Source: an uncultured Planctomycetota bacterium
GTDB lineage: Bacteria; Planctomycetota; Planctomycetia; Isosphaerales; Isosphaeraceae
DNA length: 64,000 nt
Reading direction: 5' to 3'
NCBI GenBank assembly: GCA_963823665.1
Contig: CAWGMQ010000008.1
Span: 224,001 to 288,000 of the forward strand
Below, in pieces: positions 24,301 to 35,085 of this stretch. Position numbers and translations under genes: made by a program. Positions within the stretch are counted from its first letter, which is position 1, and the number at the start of each line of letters is the position of its first letter. The notes under the pieces are model-generated. The model was given only the letters and a program-made list of their open reading frames with translations, was not told where the DNA came from and made no database searches.

Positions 24301-24480
24301 GGCAAGGAAGTCCGAGTGCCGAAGTCCTCTGTCGATGAACGGACCGCGTCGTCCCTCTCGCCGATGCCGGCGAACCTCGTCGACCAAATCGCCGAAGGCG
24401 ACTTTTACAATCTGATGGCCTTTTTGCTCTCGAAGCACGATACGACCCCTGCGCCAACGAATGCCGGAGGGTCGAAGTAG
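21400..24480 (+). CDS. PVC-type heme-binding CxxCH protein (dehydrogenase-like propeller, HEAT repeats, cytochrome c)
   Basis: Signal peptide; PPGFEIQLVASEP, FDDRGRLWV, GPDGALYVADFY and RGRIWR; C-terminal CAVCH...GPQLDG...ILDPN...SPMP. Confidence 0.92.
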   Translation: MMQFVRLSSLVLTLAFFSCFDLNVARGQQPAPVENVSSFPPRTAAEEQKALHAPPGFEIQLVASEPDINKPLNLAFDDRGRLWVTSTVEYPYPAKEGTRPRDSVKILSNFRADGRAQMVDTFADGLNIPIGLLPMPKANAAIVHNIPRIYMLKDTDGDGKADTREPLYGIFGNRDTHGMTNAFTWGFDGWIYACHGYANDSKVEGSDHRSITMNSGNTYRMRADGSHAEYFTHGQVNPFGLAFDPLDNLYSCDCHSQPLYQLLRGAYYPSFGKPDDGLGFGPEMVNTDHGSTGIGGISFYTADQYPEAYRGTTFIGNVVTNRINHDRIEWHGSSPRGFQQADFVWSEDNWFHPVDIELGPDGALYVADFYNSIIGHYEVPLTHPARDRTRGRIWRVVYKGNEGKPAPPPSAIDRTKSPIDELIKDLAHPNLIVRITAANQLVDRGGAEGLSAARTVVGPGSPPRQRVHAMWVLHRQNALDDATLLACAGDQDREIRVHSLKALAERPEISPAFADLAKSRLNDGDPFVRRAAAEVLGRHPALSNIKPLLALRQSAPEDDTHLIHVARMALRDQFLESQVWPQLAKLELSERDRRDIADIATGVHTAEAAAFLLEQIKQLEYPQATLARFIHHIARYGAQASTDKLAAFADPQKRSPAQRLELLKAIQQGFQERGAPLGKEARQEAARLAGELLASSAAPDITLGIDVVRDFEFRDMQDALVRVIDRSDLPEQPRSHALGALTVIDPRKNLATIERVLTDAAKPIGMRMWAAFLLGGIDRADARSALINILPVAPERLQGAVASALVRRREGADSLLNTIASGKASARLLQDRNVTINLESSGLPNVTDRIASLLKGLPAADAKLATLFDRRRDGFQRAKPDAALGAKVFEKHCAVCHQLAGKGAKVGPQLDGIGTRGLDRLMEDILDPNRNVDQTLRVTNLALKNGQIVSGLLLREEGEVLIVADAQGKEVRVPKSSVDERTASSLSPMPANLVDQIAEGDFYNLMAFLLSKHDTTPAPTNAGGSK

Positions 24481-24514
24481 ACCTGGTGTCCCGACAATCT
24501 GCGATTGAGACGCG

Positions 24515-24605
24515 GTTGGGCGCAAGTCTCCTGACCCCGTCGTCCTCACCGATCGTAGTTTTCCAGGCGGCCGACCCGCCAATCGAAGATTGTCGCAGCA
24601 TCAGG
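24515..24605. repeat. ~90-bp dispersed element, second copy at 53893-53984
   Basis: gttgggcgc..gtctcctgacccc...ccaggcg.ccgacccgccaatcgaa(t)gattgtcgcagca.cagg shared. Confidence 0.85.
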
Positions 24606-24654
24606 TTTTGAGTAGCCGCCGCGCCCGCGCGTCCCCTGACCGGATCTCCAACTC

Positions 24655-24692
24655 TCCCTTTCCCCCCCTTACGAAGGGGGGGCAGGGGGGGT
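24655..24692. repeat. CCCCCCTT-N-AAGGGGGG-CAGGGGGG hairpin repeat
   Basis: Same type at 43546-43576; lies between convergent genes. Confidence 0.75.
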
Positions 24693-24700
24693 GCACCACG

Positions 24701-25984
24701 TCACGGCGCCACCACCGGCAGCACATAAGGCCCCTTCGGAATAACAGCCACCTGGGCATCCGGCCCATACTCCGCAAGCGAATCCGCCACCGCTTGCTCG
24801 ACGCTTGCCGCCGCCTCGACAAAACACGACGACAGCACGTCAGCCGGCAGCCCATCGGAAACGATCTTCACCCGCGCCTTGCGCCGCACCTTCGCCAGCT
24901 CTTCAAGCTGCCACTGATCAAGCACGAAGTACTCCTTGCCGAGAATCCGCTCCATGAAGACTTCGAGCGACGGGTTCTCCCGAAACAGCGACTGGAATTC
25001 CGGGCTGCCCAGCCCCTCCGAAAGACTCGCCGCCAGGATGATCGTGCCGCCTTGCTTCACGATCGGCAGGCAGCCCGTGAGTCCCTTCACCGCCTGGTAG
25101 AACGTCGTGTCCAGCGGATATCCCGCCGAGCTGGTCACCACAATGTCGACCGGCGCGGAAACATCAGCCCGGCACACGTTCTCCATGAAGCGAACGCCTT
25201 CAAGAAACGCCTTCTCCATATCACCGGCAACGACCGACGTGACGCGCCGGTCGCTGTCCAGCGTGACATTCACAATAAAGTCGCACCCGGCCATCCGCGC
25301 GATCTGGGTATTCTCTTCATGTACAGGGTTGCCATCAAGGATTCCGCAGTCGGCCCTGGGATGCTCGAGCAATTCGGGACCGTGCCACCGCTTCACCGTC
25401 TCGAGCGCAGCGACGCCGGGGCAGATTAATTTCCGGCCCCCGGAATAACCAGCCATCAGGTGAGGCTCGATCAAGCCCGTCGCGATCTTCAGGCCGGCCT
25501 TCACATATCGGCTGTCGATCCACCCCGGAATGCCGCGCGAAGTCGTGCCGACGAACGTGTGTTCCTCGAGTCGCGTGCCATAGTGGTCTTCGACGCGATA
25601 CCCCGCCACGATCTCGGGCCCAAGCATCTCGAGCTTTTCCGCCGCGGTGCTGGGCCGGTGCAAGCCGGTCGCGACCAGAATCAAGATGTTCTCCGCCGAG
25701 ATGCCGGCTTCGCCTAGAACCCGGAGAGTCGGCCGCAGAATCGTCTGGTTGGGCACGGGCCGAGTGATGTCGCAGATCAAGATGCACGCGTCCTTGCGTC
25801 CTTCCGCCAGCGCTCGCAACGAGCCGGTGCCGATCGGCTTCTCGAGCGCCGCCGCGACGACGCCCTCGGGATCTTCGAGCTGAGGAACGTGCTTGATCGC
25901 GAGCGGTCCGACCACGCGATCGGCCGGGAGATTAACTTGTAGTCCAGTGCGGCCGTAATCGAGAGTGAATTGCCGTGATTTCAT
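24701..25984 (-). CDS. larA: Nickel-pincer-dependent lactate racemase family protein (LarA homolog)
   Basis: [26 protein letters not shown] and RWHG motifs; C-terminal SAGYPLD..YQAVKG. Confidence 0.9.
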   Translation of the reverse strand: MKSRQFTLDYGRTGLQVNLPADRVVGPLAIKHVPQLEDPEGVVAAALEKPIGTGSLRALAEGRKDACILICDITRPVPNQTILRPTLRVLGEAGISAENILILVATGLHRPSTAAEKLEMLGPEIVAGYRVEDHYGTRLEEHTFVGTTSRGIPGWIDSRYVKAGLKIATGLIEPHLMAGYSGGRKLICPGVAALETVKRWHGPELLEHPRADCGILDGNPVHEENTQIARMAGCDFIVNVTLDSDRRVTSVVAGDMEKAFLEGVRFMENVCRADVSAPVDIVVTSSAGYPLDTTFYQAVKGLTGCLPIVKQGGTIILAASLSEGLGSPEFQSLFRENPSLEVFMERILGKEYFVLDQWQLEELAKVRRKARVKIVSDGLPADVLSSCFVEAAASVEQAVADSLAEYGPDAQVAVIPKGPYVLPVVAP

Positions 25985-26032
25985 GTTGCTCTGGATTCCG
26001 TGATGAACAAAAGCGTCAGGCTGAAGCCTGAC

Positions 26033-26873
26033 CTACTTTGCGCGGATGTAGATGTTACGATAAGCCACGGGGCCGTGGTCGCCCTGGAGAAGAATCGGGC
26101 CCGGACGGTCCGGTCCGTCGAGGCTTGCACGCGTGCCGCCCTCGCCAAAATCACCAACGTAGCGGCCGTCCTCTTCGCGAAGCTTCACTCGCAGTTCTTC
26201 AGGCTTTCCCGAGTTTTCCTGATTGAGCCGAACGAAGGCATCGCGATCGGTCTCGCCGTAACGGACGTCGTGCTCCTTGTAGACCGTCTTTCCGTTCCAC
26301 ACCAGTGTCAACTTCTTGCCGACCAGCGTGATGTCGTAGCTCTGCCACTGGCCCGGCGGCTTCGAAAAATTCTCGCGTGGGTATGCCCGCTCATAGAGGG
26401 CACCGCAGTCGTGAAAACCGAGCTTCGGCTTGCCGAAGCTGTCGAAGACCTGAATCTCGAAAAGCCCGCGATTGTACACGCCCGAATTGCTACCCTTGGG
26501 TACGGTGAACTCGATGTGCAGCTCGTAATCGGCAAATGACTCCTCGGTCATGATATCAGAGCCGCGGCCATCGTCACCGCAGAGCAGGGCCGACGCCGCG
26601 GCGCCGCCCGATCCGGTCGGTGTGAGCCGGGACGGATCTGCCCCATCAAGGCGGACGTCGTCGCAGACTTTCCAGACTTTCTTGGCGCTGGAATTCCGAA
26701 ACTTCCAGCCGGAGAGGTCCTTGCCGTTGAACAGCGGCTTCCAGCCCTCGCTGCTCGGAAAGGTGCTGCGAAACCGGTGCCTGCGACTTTCGATCGTCGG
26801 CTCGCGACACTCCTGTCGCGACCAAGCCGAGGATGATCGAGACGAGCGGAGCGCAGCGGATCAAATGCGGCAT
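26033..26873 (-). CDS. DUF1080 (3-keto-disaccharide hydrolase) family, secreted; frameshift near 26770
   Basis: Signal peptide in one frame, then EGWKPLFNGKDLSGWK...NSGVY...EIQVFDS...GPILLQGDHGPVAYRNI in the next. Confidence 0.88.
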
Positions 26874-27040
26874 GGCGTGTGCACTCTCCGGTTGGCTGTG
26901 GCGGGACGGAAAATCACCCGGCTCGTCGACAGCGGGTCTGCTTCGAAGATACCATCTGGCGAGTGCGATGTCCCCATCAGTCTCTTCGACCAATCAGGAG
27001 GCTCTGGCTCATGCGACCACACACAACGAAACCCGAGGGC

Positions 27041-28069
27041 ATGAACGGTCCAAACCGGCGAGAATTCCTGGAAGCGAGCGCCGCAGGTGTCGCGTCGACC
27101 GCCTTGGCGTGGACCAACGCGGGGGCGGAGGCCGCCGCCATTGCAAAGACGAACGCCGAGGGGATCCCCATGCGGCCCCTGGGGAAAACCGGCGAGATGG
27201 TCACCATGATCTGCCTGGGCGGCTATCACAGCAGTGTTCACCCCGATGAGAATGACAGCATCCGGCTCATCCAGCGGGCGATCGACGAAGGAATCACGTT
27301 CCTCGACAACGCCTGGGATTATCACGACGGCCTCGCCGAAGAGCGAATGGGAAAAGCGATCTCGCAGGGAAACCGCCGCGAGAAGGTCTTCCTCATGACC
27401 AAGTGCTGCGGCCGCACCGCCAAGGATGCACAAGACCATCTTGAAGACAGTCTGCGCCGCCTGCGCACCGATCATCTGGACCTCTGGCAGTTCCACGAGA
27501 TCGTCTACGACAACGATCCCGACTGGATCTTCGCCGCCGGCGGAGCGATCGAGACTGCCCTCAAAGCCAAGGAACAGGGGAAGATTCGCTACCTCGGCTT
27601 CACGGGTCATAAAGACCCATCGATCCATCTGAAGATGCTCGAGAAGCCGTATCCTTGGGCGACCACGCAGATGCCGCTCTCGGTGCTCGACGGCCAGTTC
27701 CGCAGCTTCGAGCAGAAAGTCTTGCCCGTGCTCAACAGCCGCGGAATCGGCCCCATCGGCATGAAGAGCCTCGCGGGAAATGGGAAGTTCATTAGCGACG
27801 GCGTCGTGACGATTGAAGAGGCGCTGCGCTACGTCTTCTCCCTGCCGATTTCCACTCTCGTATCAGGAATCGATTCCGAGAAGGTCCTCGAGCAAAACCT
27901 CAAAATCGTGCGCGACTTCAAACCGATGACCGCCGAGGAACGCACGGCGGTGGCCGAAAAGGTGCGGTCGGTCGCGGGCGACGGGCGTTATGAGCTGTTC
28001 AAAACGTCGAAGATGTATGACTCGGGGTATCATCGCAAGCAGCATGGGTTTTCGACCGCGGTGAGCTAG
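27041..28069 (+). CDS. Aldo/keto reductase with Tat signal
   Basis: NRREFLEAS; R.LGKTG, FLDNAWDY, FLMTK and SLRRLRTDHLDLWQFH. Confidence 0.92.
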   Translation: MNGPNRREFLEASAAGVASTALAWTNAGAEAAAIAKTNAEGIPMRPLGKTGEMVTMICLGGYHSSVHPDENDSIRLIQRAIDEGITFLDNAWDYHDGLAEERMGKAISQGNRREKVFLMTKCCGRTAKDAQDHLEDSLRRLRTDHLDLWQFHEIVYDNDPDWIFAAGGAIETALKAKEQGKIRYLGFTGHKDPSIHLKMLEKPYPWATTQMPLSVLDGQFRSFEQKVLPVLNSRGIGPIGMKSLAGNGKFISDGVVTIEEALRYVFSLPISTLVSGIDSEKVLEQNLKIVRDFKPMTAEERTAVAEKVRSVAGDGRYELFKTSKMYDSGYHRKQHGFSTAVS

Positions 28070-28087
28070 CTAGTGGAGGGCAGCGTC

Positions 28088-29461
28088 ATGCGATCCGTTC
28101 GTTTTTCCATCGCAGGATTGATGGGCGTCGTGCTGGTCGCAGCGATTGCATTCGCCGCGCTGCGCAGCTCTTCCCAGACCTGGGCCGGCTTGCTGCTTCT
28201 GGCGACGCTCGGCGCGTTCGGTATTGCCTTGGTCGGTGCGGTTTGCCGTAGGGGGTCCGAGCGCGGCGGTTGGTTCGGCTTCGCCGTGTTTGGATGGATC
28301 TACATGAGTGCCGCCTTCTGGCCGTCCGATCTCTGGCCAAAACTCCCGACTCAGAGCCTTCTGGAGGCGATCGGCCCGAGGCTTGGCGCCATAGACGCAC
28401 AATTTGCACCGTTCAGTGCTGCGAGCGTCATGGGCGGCGGTAACGCCGGCGCTGTCGCTGACGAATGGTGGTTCTTTCAGACCGGGCATTGTCTGCTGGC
28501 CTTGTTGGCCGCGAGCCTCGGAGCATTGCTCGGCAGCCGACTCTTCGTCGCTGCGGCGGACAAGTCAGAGAAGATCACACTCGACTCGCAGGCTGCTGCT
28601 GTCACGCACCCGGGCAAGCGGTGGGTCGCACCGCTGGTCGTTGCTTTGTCGACCCTGGCGCTCATCACGGCGATCGCGAGCGCCGGCGCGATTCTGCCGC
28701 CTGGGATCTGGGCCGGGTCGACCTTCCTTTTGACTTGGTTTTTGATCGGCCTCATTGCGCTGGGCGCCTTGATCGGACGAGCGAGGCGCCGGGAGGCCTG
28801 GCTAGGAGCAACCGTCTTCGGTGCTGGGATCATGATTCTGGCCTTTGGCCGATCGAGCGATGAACGATGGCCGGGACCCCTGACCGCCGATCTCTTGAAT
28901 GAGATACGCCCTTGGCTCCCATCCATCGCAAATGGTCGCCTATCCGACCCGAAGAGCATCACGGCTGCGCACGCACGCATCCACGAAGCCTTGAATCAAC
29001 CTATACCGATGCATTTTCTCAAGGAGACTCCGCTGGAGGACGTCCTGAAATCCATCAAAAAGGCGACAACCAGCGCTGACGGCGAGGCCATACCGATTTA
29101 CGTCGATCCGATCGGCCTGTTAGAATCCGACAAGACCATGAAATCGACCGTGACAAACATCGACCTCGATGGCGTTCCCTTACGAACGAGCTTGCGACTT
29201 TGTCTGGCGCAGCTTGATCTCGAGTACTATGTCAAGGACGGTCTATTGGTGATCACGTCTCGCGAGTCTGAAGACCTTCCTTTACTTCGCGCCGCGGACG
29301 ACGCATTTCAGGTCGTTGGACATTGTGTGCTCGCCCTGATCGCGGCCGGGCTCGGTGGTTTAGCGGCACCTTTTGTTTGCAATCTGGCGCAGGGATGGTC
29401 GTTCAACCGGTCACACCACGCCCACATAGCCGCGAATGTTTTCACGCAAACAGCTTCCTGA
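28088..29461 (+). CDS. Polytopic membrane protein with duplicated TM module and STN/secretin-N-like insert
   Basis: Two similar modules ending FQ(T/VV)GHC; insert [12 protein letters not shown]...IYVDPIGL...[25 protein letters not shown]. Confidence 0.75.
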   Translation: MRSVRFSIAGLMGVVLVAAIAFAALRSSSQTWAGLLLLATLGAFGIALVGAVCRRGSERGGWFGFAVFGWIYMSAAFWPSDLWPKLPTQSLLEAIGPRLGAIDAQFAPFSAASVMGGGNAGAVADEWWFFQTGHCLLALLAASLGALLGSRLFVAAADKSEKITLDSQAAAVTHPGKRWVAPLVVALSTLALITAIASAGAILPPGIWAGSTFLLTWFLIGLIALGALIGRARRREAWLGATVFGAGIMILAFGRSSDERWPGPLTADLLNEIRPWLPSIANGRLSDPKSITAAHARIHEALNQPIPMHFLKETPLEDVLKSIKKATTSADGEAIPIYVDPIGLLESDKTMKSTVTNIDLDGVPLRTSLRLCLAQLDLEYYVKDGLLVITSRESEDLPLLRAADDAFQVVGHCVLALIAAGLGGLAAPFVCNLAQGWSFNRSHHAHIAANVFTQTAS

Positions 29462-30896
29462 TCACCCGCCCACCCACATCGGTCAACCGCTCGTCGCGGC
29501 TGTTGTGCAGAAATGTAAGCTGCTTGTGGTCCAGCCCCATCAAGTGCAAGATCGTGGCGTGAATGTCGTTCACGTGGGCGGGGTCTTCAATCGCCTTGAC
29601 ACCGGCCTCGTCGGTCGCGCCCACGATCGTGCCCCCCTTCACGCCGCCACCGGCCATCCACATCGTGAATCCGGTCGCATTGTGATCACGCCCGCGGCCG
29701 CCGCCCTGACGCACCGGCGTTCGGCCGAACTCACCACCCCACACGACCAGCGTTTCATCCAGCAATCCTGTCCGTTTCAAGTCCGTGAGCAACGCCGCCA
29801 CGGGCTTGTCCGTCAGCCCACACATCTTCTCGTGGTTGGCGTCGATGTCGTCGTGCGCATCCCACTGCATGGCCACCGGGCCGCCGCCCGAATAAAGCTG
29901 CACGAACCGGACACCGCGTTCGACCAGGCGACGCGCCAGCAAGCAGCGCGTGCCGAACTCGACGGTGCGGGAATCATCAAGGCCATACATCGATTTGATT
30001 GACCGCGGCTCATTCGAAAGGTCGACAGCCTCCGGCGCCGCACTCTGCATCCGGAACGCCAGCTCATACGTCGCAATCCGCGCCGAGAGTTCGGTATCGG
30101 CCGGATCGAGATCCTGCTCGTTCATCGATCGCAGCAAATCCAGCATGCCGCGCTGCTCCTTGATCGACACCCCTGCCGGCGGCTTGAGATGCACAATCGG
30201 CACCGGTCCGGGGCGAAAGAGCGTCCCCTGGTGATGAGCAGGCAAGAAGCCCGCGCCCCAGCACGGTGCGCCTCCCTCCGGCGTGCCCTCCGGCTGAGTC
30301 ATGACGACGTAGGCAGGCAGGTCATCATTTTCCGATCCCAACCCGTAAGTGACCCAGCTCCCCAGGCTCGGAAAACCCATGATCACCCGCCCGGTATTCA
30401 TCTGGTACATGGCCGGAGCGTGGATCACGTTGTCGGCGTGGCACGAGCGAATCAGCGCAATGTCATCCGCGTGCGGGTGAAGGTGCGGCACCAGGTCGGA
30501 CATGTCCATCCCCGACTGGCCAAATTTCCCCCACTTGCGGTGGCTGCCCAGGCACAGCGGGTCGGCTTCGAGAAACTGGCTGTGAATCTTGCCAAAGCTG
30601 GGCGGCAACGGCTGCGAGTCGAGCCGGTTCAATAGCGGCTTGGGATCAAAAAGATCCATCTGGCTCGGGCCGCCGGTCATGAACAGGAAAATACATCGCT
30701 TGGCCTTCGCGGGAAGATGCCCGGTCTTGGCAGAAAGCGGTCCACCGCCGGGCCCGGCGCCGCGGCTCTCCCGCCCCAGCAAGTCTGCCAGACCGAGCAG
30801 CCCAAATCCGCAACCGGCGACTTTGAGGAACTCGCGACGGCTGCGCGGTAAGAACGGCTGCGGGCCAGGACAGCGGTGTGGCGTGCGCTCAGACAT
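29442..30896 (-). CDS. DUF1501 domain protein (Tat-exported)
   Basis: [50 protein letters not shown] and GRDH. Confidence 0.93.
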   Translation of the reverse strand: MSERTPHRCPGPQPFLPRSRREFLKVAGCGFGLLGLADLLGRESRGAGPGGGPLSAKTGHLPAKAKRCIFLFMTGGPSQMDLFDPKPLLNRLDSQPLPPSFGKIHSQFLEADPLCLGSHRKWGKFGQSGMDMSDLVPHLHPHADDIALIRSCHADNVIHAPAMYQMNTGRVIMGFPSLGSWVTYGLGSENDDLPAYVVMTQPEGTPEGGAPCWGAGFLPAHHQGTLFRPGPVPIVHLKPPAGVSIKEQRGMLDLLRSMNEQDLDPADTELSARIATYELAFRMQSAAPEAVDLSNEPRSIKSMYGLDDSRTVEFGTRCLLARRLVERGVRFVQLYSGGGPVAMQWDAHDDIDANHEKMCGLTDKPVAALLTDLKRTGLLDETLVVWGGEFGRTPVRQGGGRGRDHNATGFTMWMAGGGVKGGTIVGATDEAGVKAIEDPAHVNDIHATILHLMGLDHKQLTFLHNSRDERLTDVGGRVIRKLFA

Positions 30897-31030
30897 AGCC
30901 TGGTTCCCTGATAGGTTGAAATTCGAGGCAAGAGGAGCTCATATGCGATGAATCATTCCCGAGATTCTCCACGAGATCCTGAAGCGCATCGGCTTTGACC
31001 TGAGTCGCCACACTCATCAGTCTCATCCCC

Positions 31031-33336
31031 TCACGGCACATACAGAAACTCGTTGCAGTTAAGCAATGCCAGCGAGAAATCGACCCACGCGGCCGCTTCA
31101 GTAGGATCGACACCCGGACAATCGCACGCCGAAGCCCTGAGGTCGCGCTTTTCCTTCCGGACGAGGTCTGTCTGAGCGCTGAGGAATCGCCGCGCGCGAA
31201 CCACTTCTTCCTGCGTGGCCTCGCGCGCCAGCACGAGCCCGTAGGCACGCACGATTCGCCCGTCACCGCCCGAAGCGCGTTCGCGAAGAACACGGCCAGC
31301 GAGGGCCCTGGCCCGGGCCGTGGCGAACTCGCTGTTCAAAAGCGCCAGCGCCTGAAGAGCGTGCGTGCTGGTGGCCCGGCGCGGGCAGGCGCTCTGCGTA
31401 TCCGGCGCATCGAACGCATCAAAGAGCGGGTAGCGCACGTTACGCTTGCGGAAGAGATAAAGCGACCGCCTGAGGTGTTCAGAGGGATTCCGGTCTTCCG
31501 GCCAGAGGTCCACGGCCTCGGCCTCCGTGAAAATCAAGTCTTCGATTTCCTTTTCGATCGGGGCAAGCACGCCCGGGCCCTCCATCCGCGAATTCAGTTC
31601 GCCCGAGGCCGCCAGCATCGCGTCGCGCACCCCTTCGGCATCCAGCCGGCGGCGTAGCATCCGGCCGAAGAGCGTGTTTTCGGGATCGTCGGCGGCGAGC
31701 TTCTCAGTCGCCTTGCTCGACTGTTGATAGGTCGCCGACGTGACCATCAGCCGATGCAGCGGTTTCAGCCTCCAGCCCTCGCGAACCAGCTCCGACGCCA
31801 GCCAGTCGAGCAGCTCCGGATGCGAGGGAGCCTCACCGCGCACGCCGAAATCGCTGGGCGTCGCCACAATCCCGCGTCCGAAGTGGTGCTGCCAGAGACG
31901 ATTCACGATCACCCGCGCCGTCAACGGGTTATTCGCCCCCGATAGCCACGCCGCCAGCGCCGGCCGCCGGCCCGCGCTCGGTTCCTTGAACGAACCTGAC
32001 TCGCCCGGCTGCGATGCAAGGACCACACCGGGCGGCCGCGGCGCCACCTTGGGACCGTGCGATTTGTAGTCGCCCCGCCGCAGCACGAACGTATCGACCT
32101 TCCGCGATTTCTTCTCGACGAGTGCCATCGCATGCGCGGGCGAGCGGGGAAGCAGTCGCTCGATCTCATAGATATCCCGCTTCAGCTTCTCGCGGCGTGC
32201 CATGTCGGTCGCATTCGCCGAGACGGCCGCCGCAACTTCCTCCCACGTGATCCGCGTCGAGGTTCCGAGCCCTTGTGCCAGCTTCTTCTGAGCGGGCGTG
32301 CGCTTCTCGGCCGGCGTGCCCAGCACCGCGCGCTCTTCCGCGCTAAGCATCGTCATCTTGCTCGCCTTGAGCGCGTCGCGATACGGCGCTTCGAGAGCAG
32401 CAAGCTGCTTTTTGAGTGGCGCGGCCTTTTCATCGAGCTGCTTACGAACTGCGTCAAACCGATCGCGCTCGGCCTTCTCCGCAATCGAGACATCGTCCAG
32501 ATCAGACGTCGCGAAGAACGCTTGAAGCCGGTAGTAATCGGTGGTTGGGATCGCGTCGAACTTGTGATCGTGGCAGCGGGCGCAGCCGACCGTGAGCCCG
32601 AGAAAGACCGAGCCAACGGTGCTAGTGATCTCGGAAAGCTCAGTTTGCCGCTTCTCCTCGGGGATGACGTTCCCCCCGACCACCTCGCGCGGCCCGCACC
32701 GCCCAAACCCCGTGGCGACAAGCGCCTCATGATTGCCGGGCTTCACGACGTCTCCCGCCAGTTGCAGCGTGAGGAATCGATCGTACGGGAGATCCGCGTT
32801 CAGCGAGCGAACAACCCAATCGCGATAGCGCCAGGCATCCGGCCGCTCGGCGTCAAGCTCGAAGCCGTTCGTGTCGGCGTAATGCGCCAGATCAAGCCAG
32901 TGCTGCCCCCAGCGGATGCCGTATTCCGGGCTCGCAAGCAGGCGATCAACCAGTCGTTCATAAGCATCGGGCCGGGTATCCCCGAGGAATGCCGCGACCT
33001 CGTCCGTCGCCGGCGGCCGGCCGGCCAGGTCGACCGTGACCCGTCGAATCAGCGCGATCCGGCTTGCCGCCGGCGAGTGGTCCAGTCCCAGATTCTCAAG
33101 CGCCCCTGAATGAATCGATCGATCGGATTACGAACCCATCTCGAGTCCTTGACGGCCTTCGGCTCGGTGCGTTTCACCGGCTGGTAGGCCCAGTGGCCGA
33201 GCTGTTCGGAACTGAACTTCTCGGGGGGCGCAGAATCATCCTTGCCCGGAGGTCCATCAGCCGCGGACAAGCCGGTGGCCGCGATGAGCAAAACACCGAA
33301 CCCAAGCAAGGCGAGCCAGCGACGATCCAGCGGCAT
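31031..33336 (-). CDS. DUF1549/DUF1553 (PSD1) protein; frameshift at the G-run near 33105
   Basis: HWAYQP, NPIDRF, RWGQHWLD..YADT, GCARCHDHKFD, NPLTARVIVNRLWQHHFGRG and HPELLDWLA. Confidence 0.92.
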
Positions 33337-33640
33337 GCAGTCCTCGAGAAGAGCGGTGGTCACTTGGCGCAACACTTCTCCCGGCCAGGTCGCGCGCACC
33401 TTCACCGCCACCACCGCTATTGTCGTCAATTCGCGCGGGGCCGGCAAGGCAAGCGCCGGCTCGCTCTTATCCGGCATCGATTCCGCTCAGCGAACAAGAC
33501 TGATTACCGCCAGTGCACGAAACGCCCACAACCGTCTTCTAAGTGCTTGGTTCGTCGATCATCGGGATGATACGTTGTGGAAGGCACTTTCGCGGAGACA
33601 AAGAACAGCGCTGAAAGACAAACGCGTCGAGGACCCGGCC

Positions 33641-34804
33641 ATGCGACTTCCTCGCGTGCCATCCAACTCTTGGGCCTGGCTGATCCCCGTCTTGATCGCG
33701 GCCGATCTCACCGCCCTATGGATCTGGGCAACCCGGCCCCGGCTCATCTACACCAACTGGCTCGGCCTGCCAGGCCTCCTCGACGAGGCCCCGATCCGCC
33801 GCCTTCTGGCATGGGCGCGCTGGGAGAGCGGGCCGAGGACGCTCTCCGGCTGCGTGTACTTATTCGAAGCCGGAGAATTGTTCTTTGGCACGGTATTCAT
33901 CCTCGCGCTCATCCTCCTGGTCATGACGCTGCTGGCCCGCCGATCCGAGAGCCCATTCTGGCGGCAAATGTGCACGCCATTCAGCGTGGCGCGCGTCGTC
34001 GCCGTTCGCTATCGCGTGCGAACGGCTCTCGCCGCGATCGCGATCCTGGGCTTGTACCTGGGGTGGGAAATCCACGGCTGGAGGACATGGCGGATGCGGA
34101 ACACTTACCTGCAACGCGCCGGCTCCGCAACAGTCGGTGAGAACCAGAATCGGTCTCAGTTGCAATCGGTACAAAAGCGGCTCGCCAAGCTCATGGAGAC
34201 GAACGAATCGCAACTCTCGGAGCTCAGTCCACCCAACCTCGGCTTCTACCGGTCGAAGGCAGCACATGCCGCAGACCGCCGTGCAAATCGTGACCGGTTG
34301 AATCGAGAGATCGCGTATTACTCGGCCAGGATCGCCGCCCATGCCGAGCGCAGAACGAAGTACGAAAACGCCGCCGCGAACCCATGGGCGCCCGTCGAGC
34401 CCGACCAGCCGGTGCCGGAGCTGGAGCCCGACCCGCTCTACTTGGAGAGCAGTCGCGACTACGCGCGCGCCCTGGCCGCATGCGACCACCTTGCAAAAAC
34501 CTACCCGGACTTGGTCGAGGCCCATTCCACGGCGGCACGGATTCACGCAACCTGCCCCGACCCCAGCTTCCGAGATGGCAAGCTCGCGGTCGCCTCGGCG
34601 AAGCGAGCCTGCGAGCTGACCGACTGGCGTGACTTCTGGGAGCTCAGCGTCCTGGCCGCGGCGTGCGCCGAAGCCGGGGATTTCGCTCAGGCTGTGAAAT
34701 GGCAGCAAAAGGCGGCCGGGCTTACCACAGATCCGAGAAACAGCCAGTTCTGTCGAGAACGACTGGCCCTCTACATGGCAGGCATGCCCTACCGGCAGAA
34801 ATGA
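33641..34804 (+). CDS. Membrane protein with C-terminal TPR-like domain
   Basis: About 3 TM segments; ATCPDPSFRDGKLAV..A.RACELT.W...LAAA.AEAGDF..AVKWQ.KA. Confidence 0.8.
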   Translation: MRLPRVPSNSWAWLIPVLIAADLTALWIWATRPRLIYTNWLGLPGLLDEAPIRRLLAWARWESGPRTLSGCVYLFEAGELFFGTVFILALILLVMTLLARRSESPFWRQMCTPFSVARVVAVRYRVRTALAAIAILGLYLGWEIHGWRTWRMRNTYLQRAGSATVGENQNRSQLQSVQKRLAKLMETNESQLSELSPPNLGFYRSKAAHAADRRANRDRLNREIAYYSARIAAHAERRTKYENAAANPWAPVEPDQPVPELEPDPLYLESSRDYARALAACDHLAKTYPDLVEAHSTAARIHATCPDPSFRDGKLAVASAKRACELTDWRDFWELSVLAAACAEAGDFAQAVKWQQKAAGLTTDPRNSQFCRERLALYMAGMPYRQK

Positions 34805-35085
34805 GTGTTCACCACCAACGGAGTGGACGTGGCTGCCAATGGCAAGCACCAAACACGTGACCACGCCCGTCAGTGCGTGGCTCAAACGGGACGCAAGTCC
34901 TCCACCCTCGGTCGTAAGCCCGATCCGGGGGCGGGCTGTGGCATTCGCGGGCGCGAGGCGTGGTGGTGAACCATCTGCCTTGCCCTTGAGCATTTCCCAG
35001 AAACTGCTAAAAAAGTGATCCGACTCACGACCAGGACGGATCGATTCACGACAACGTGGCTGTTGCTCCAGGATGGAGGTGCACG

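Noticed and set aside
34835..34935. c-di-GMP-I riboswitch (GGGACGCAAGTCCTCC resembles GGGACGCAAAGCCTCC)
   Set aside because: It lacks the properly placed GGCAAA and GNRA-capped stem and the downstream receptor stem
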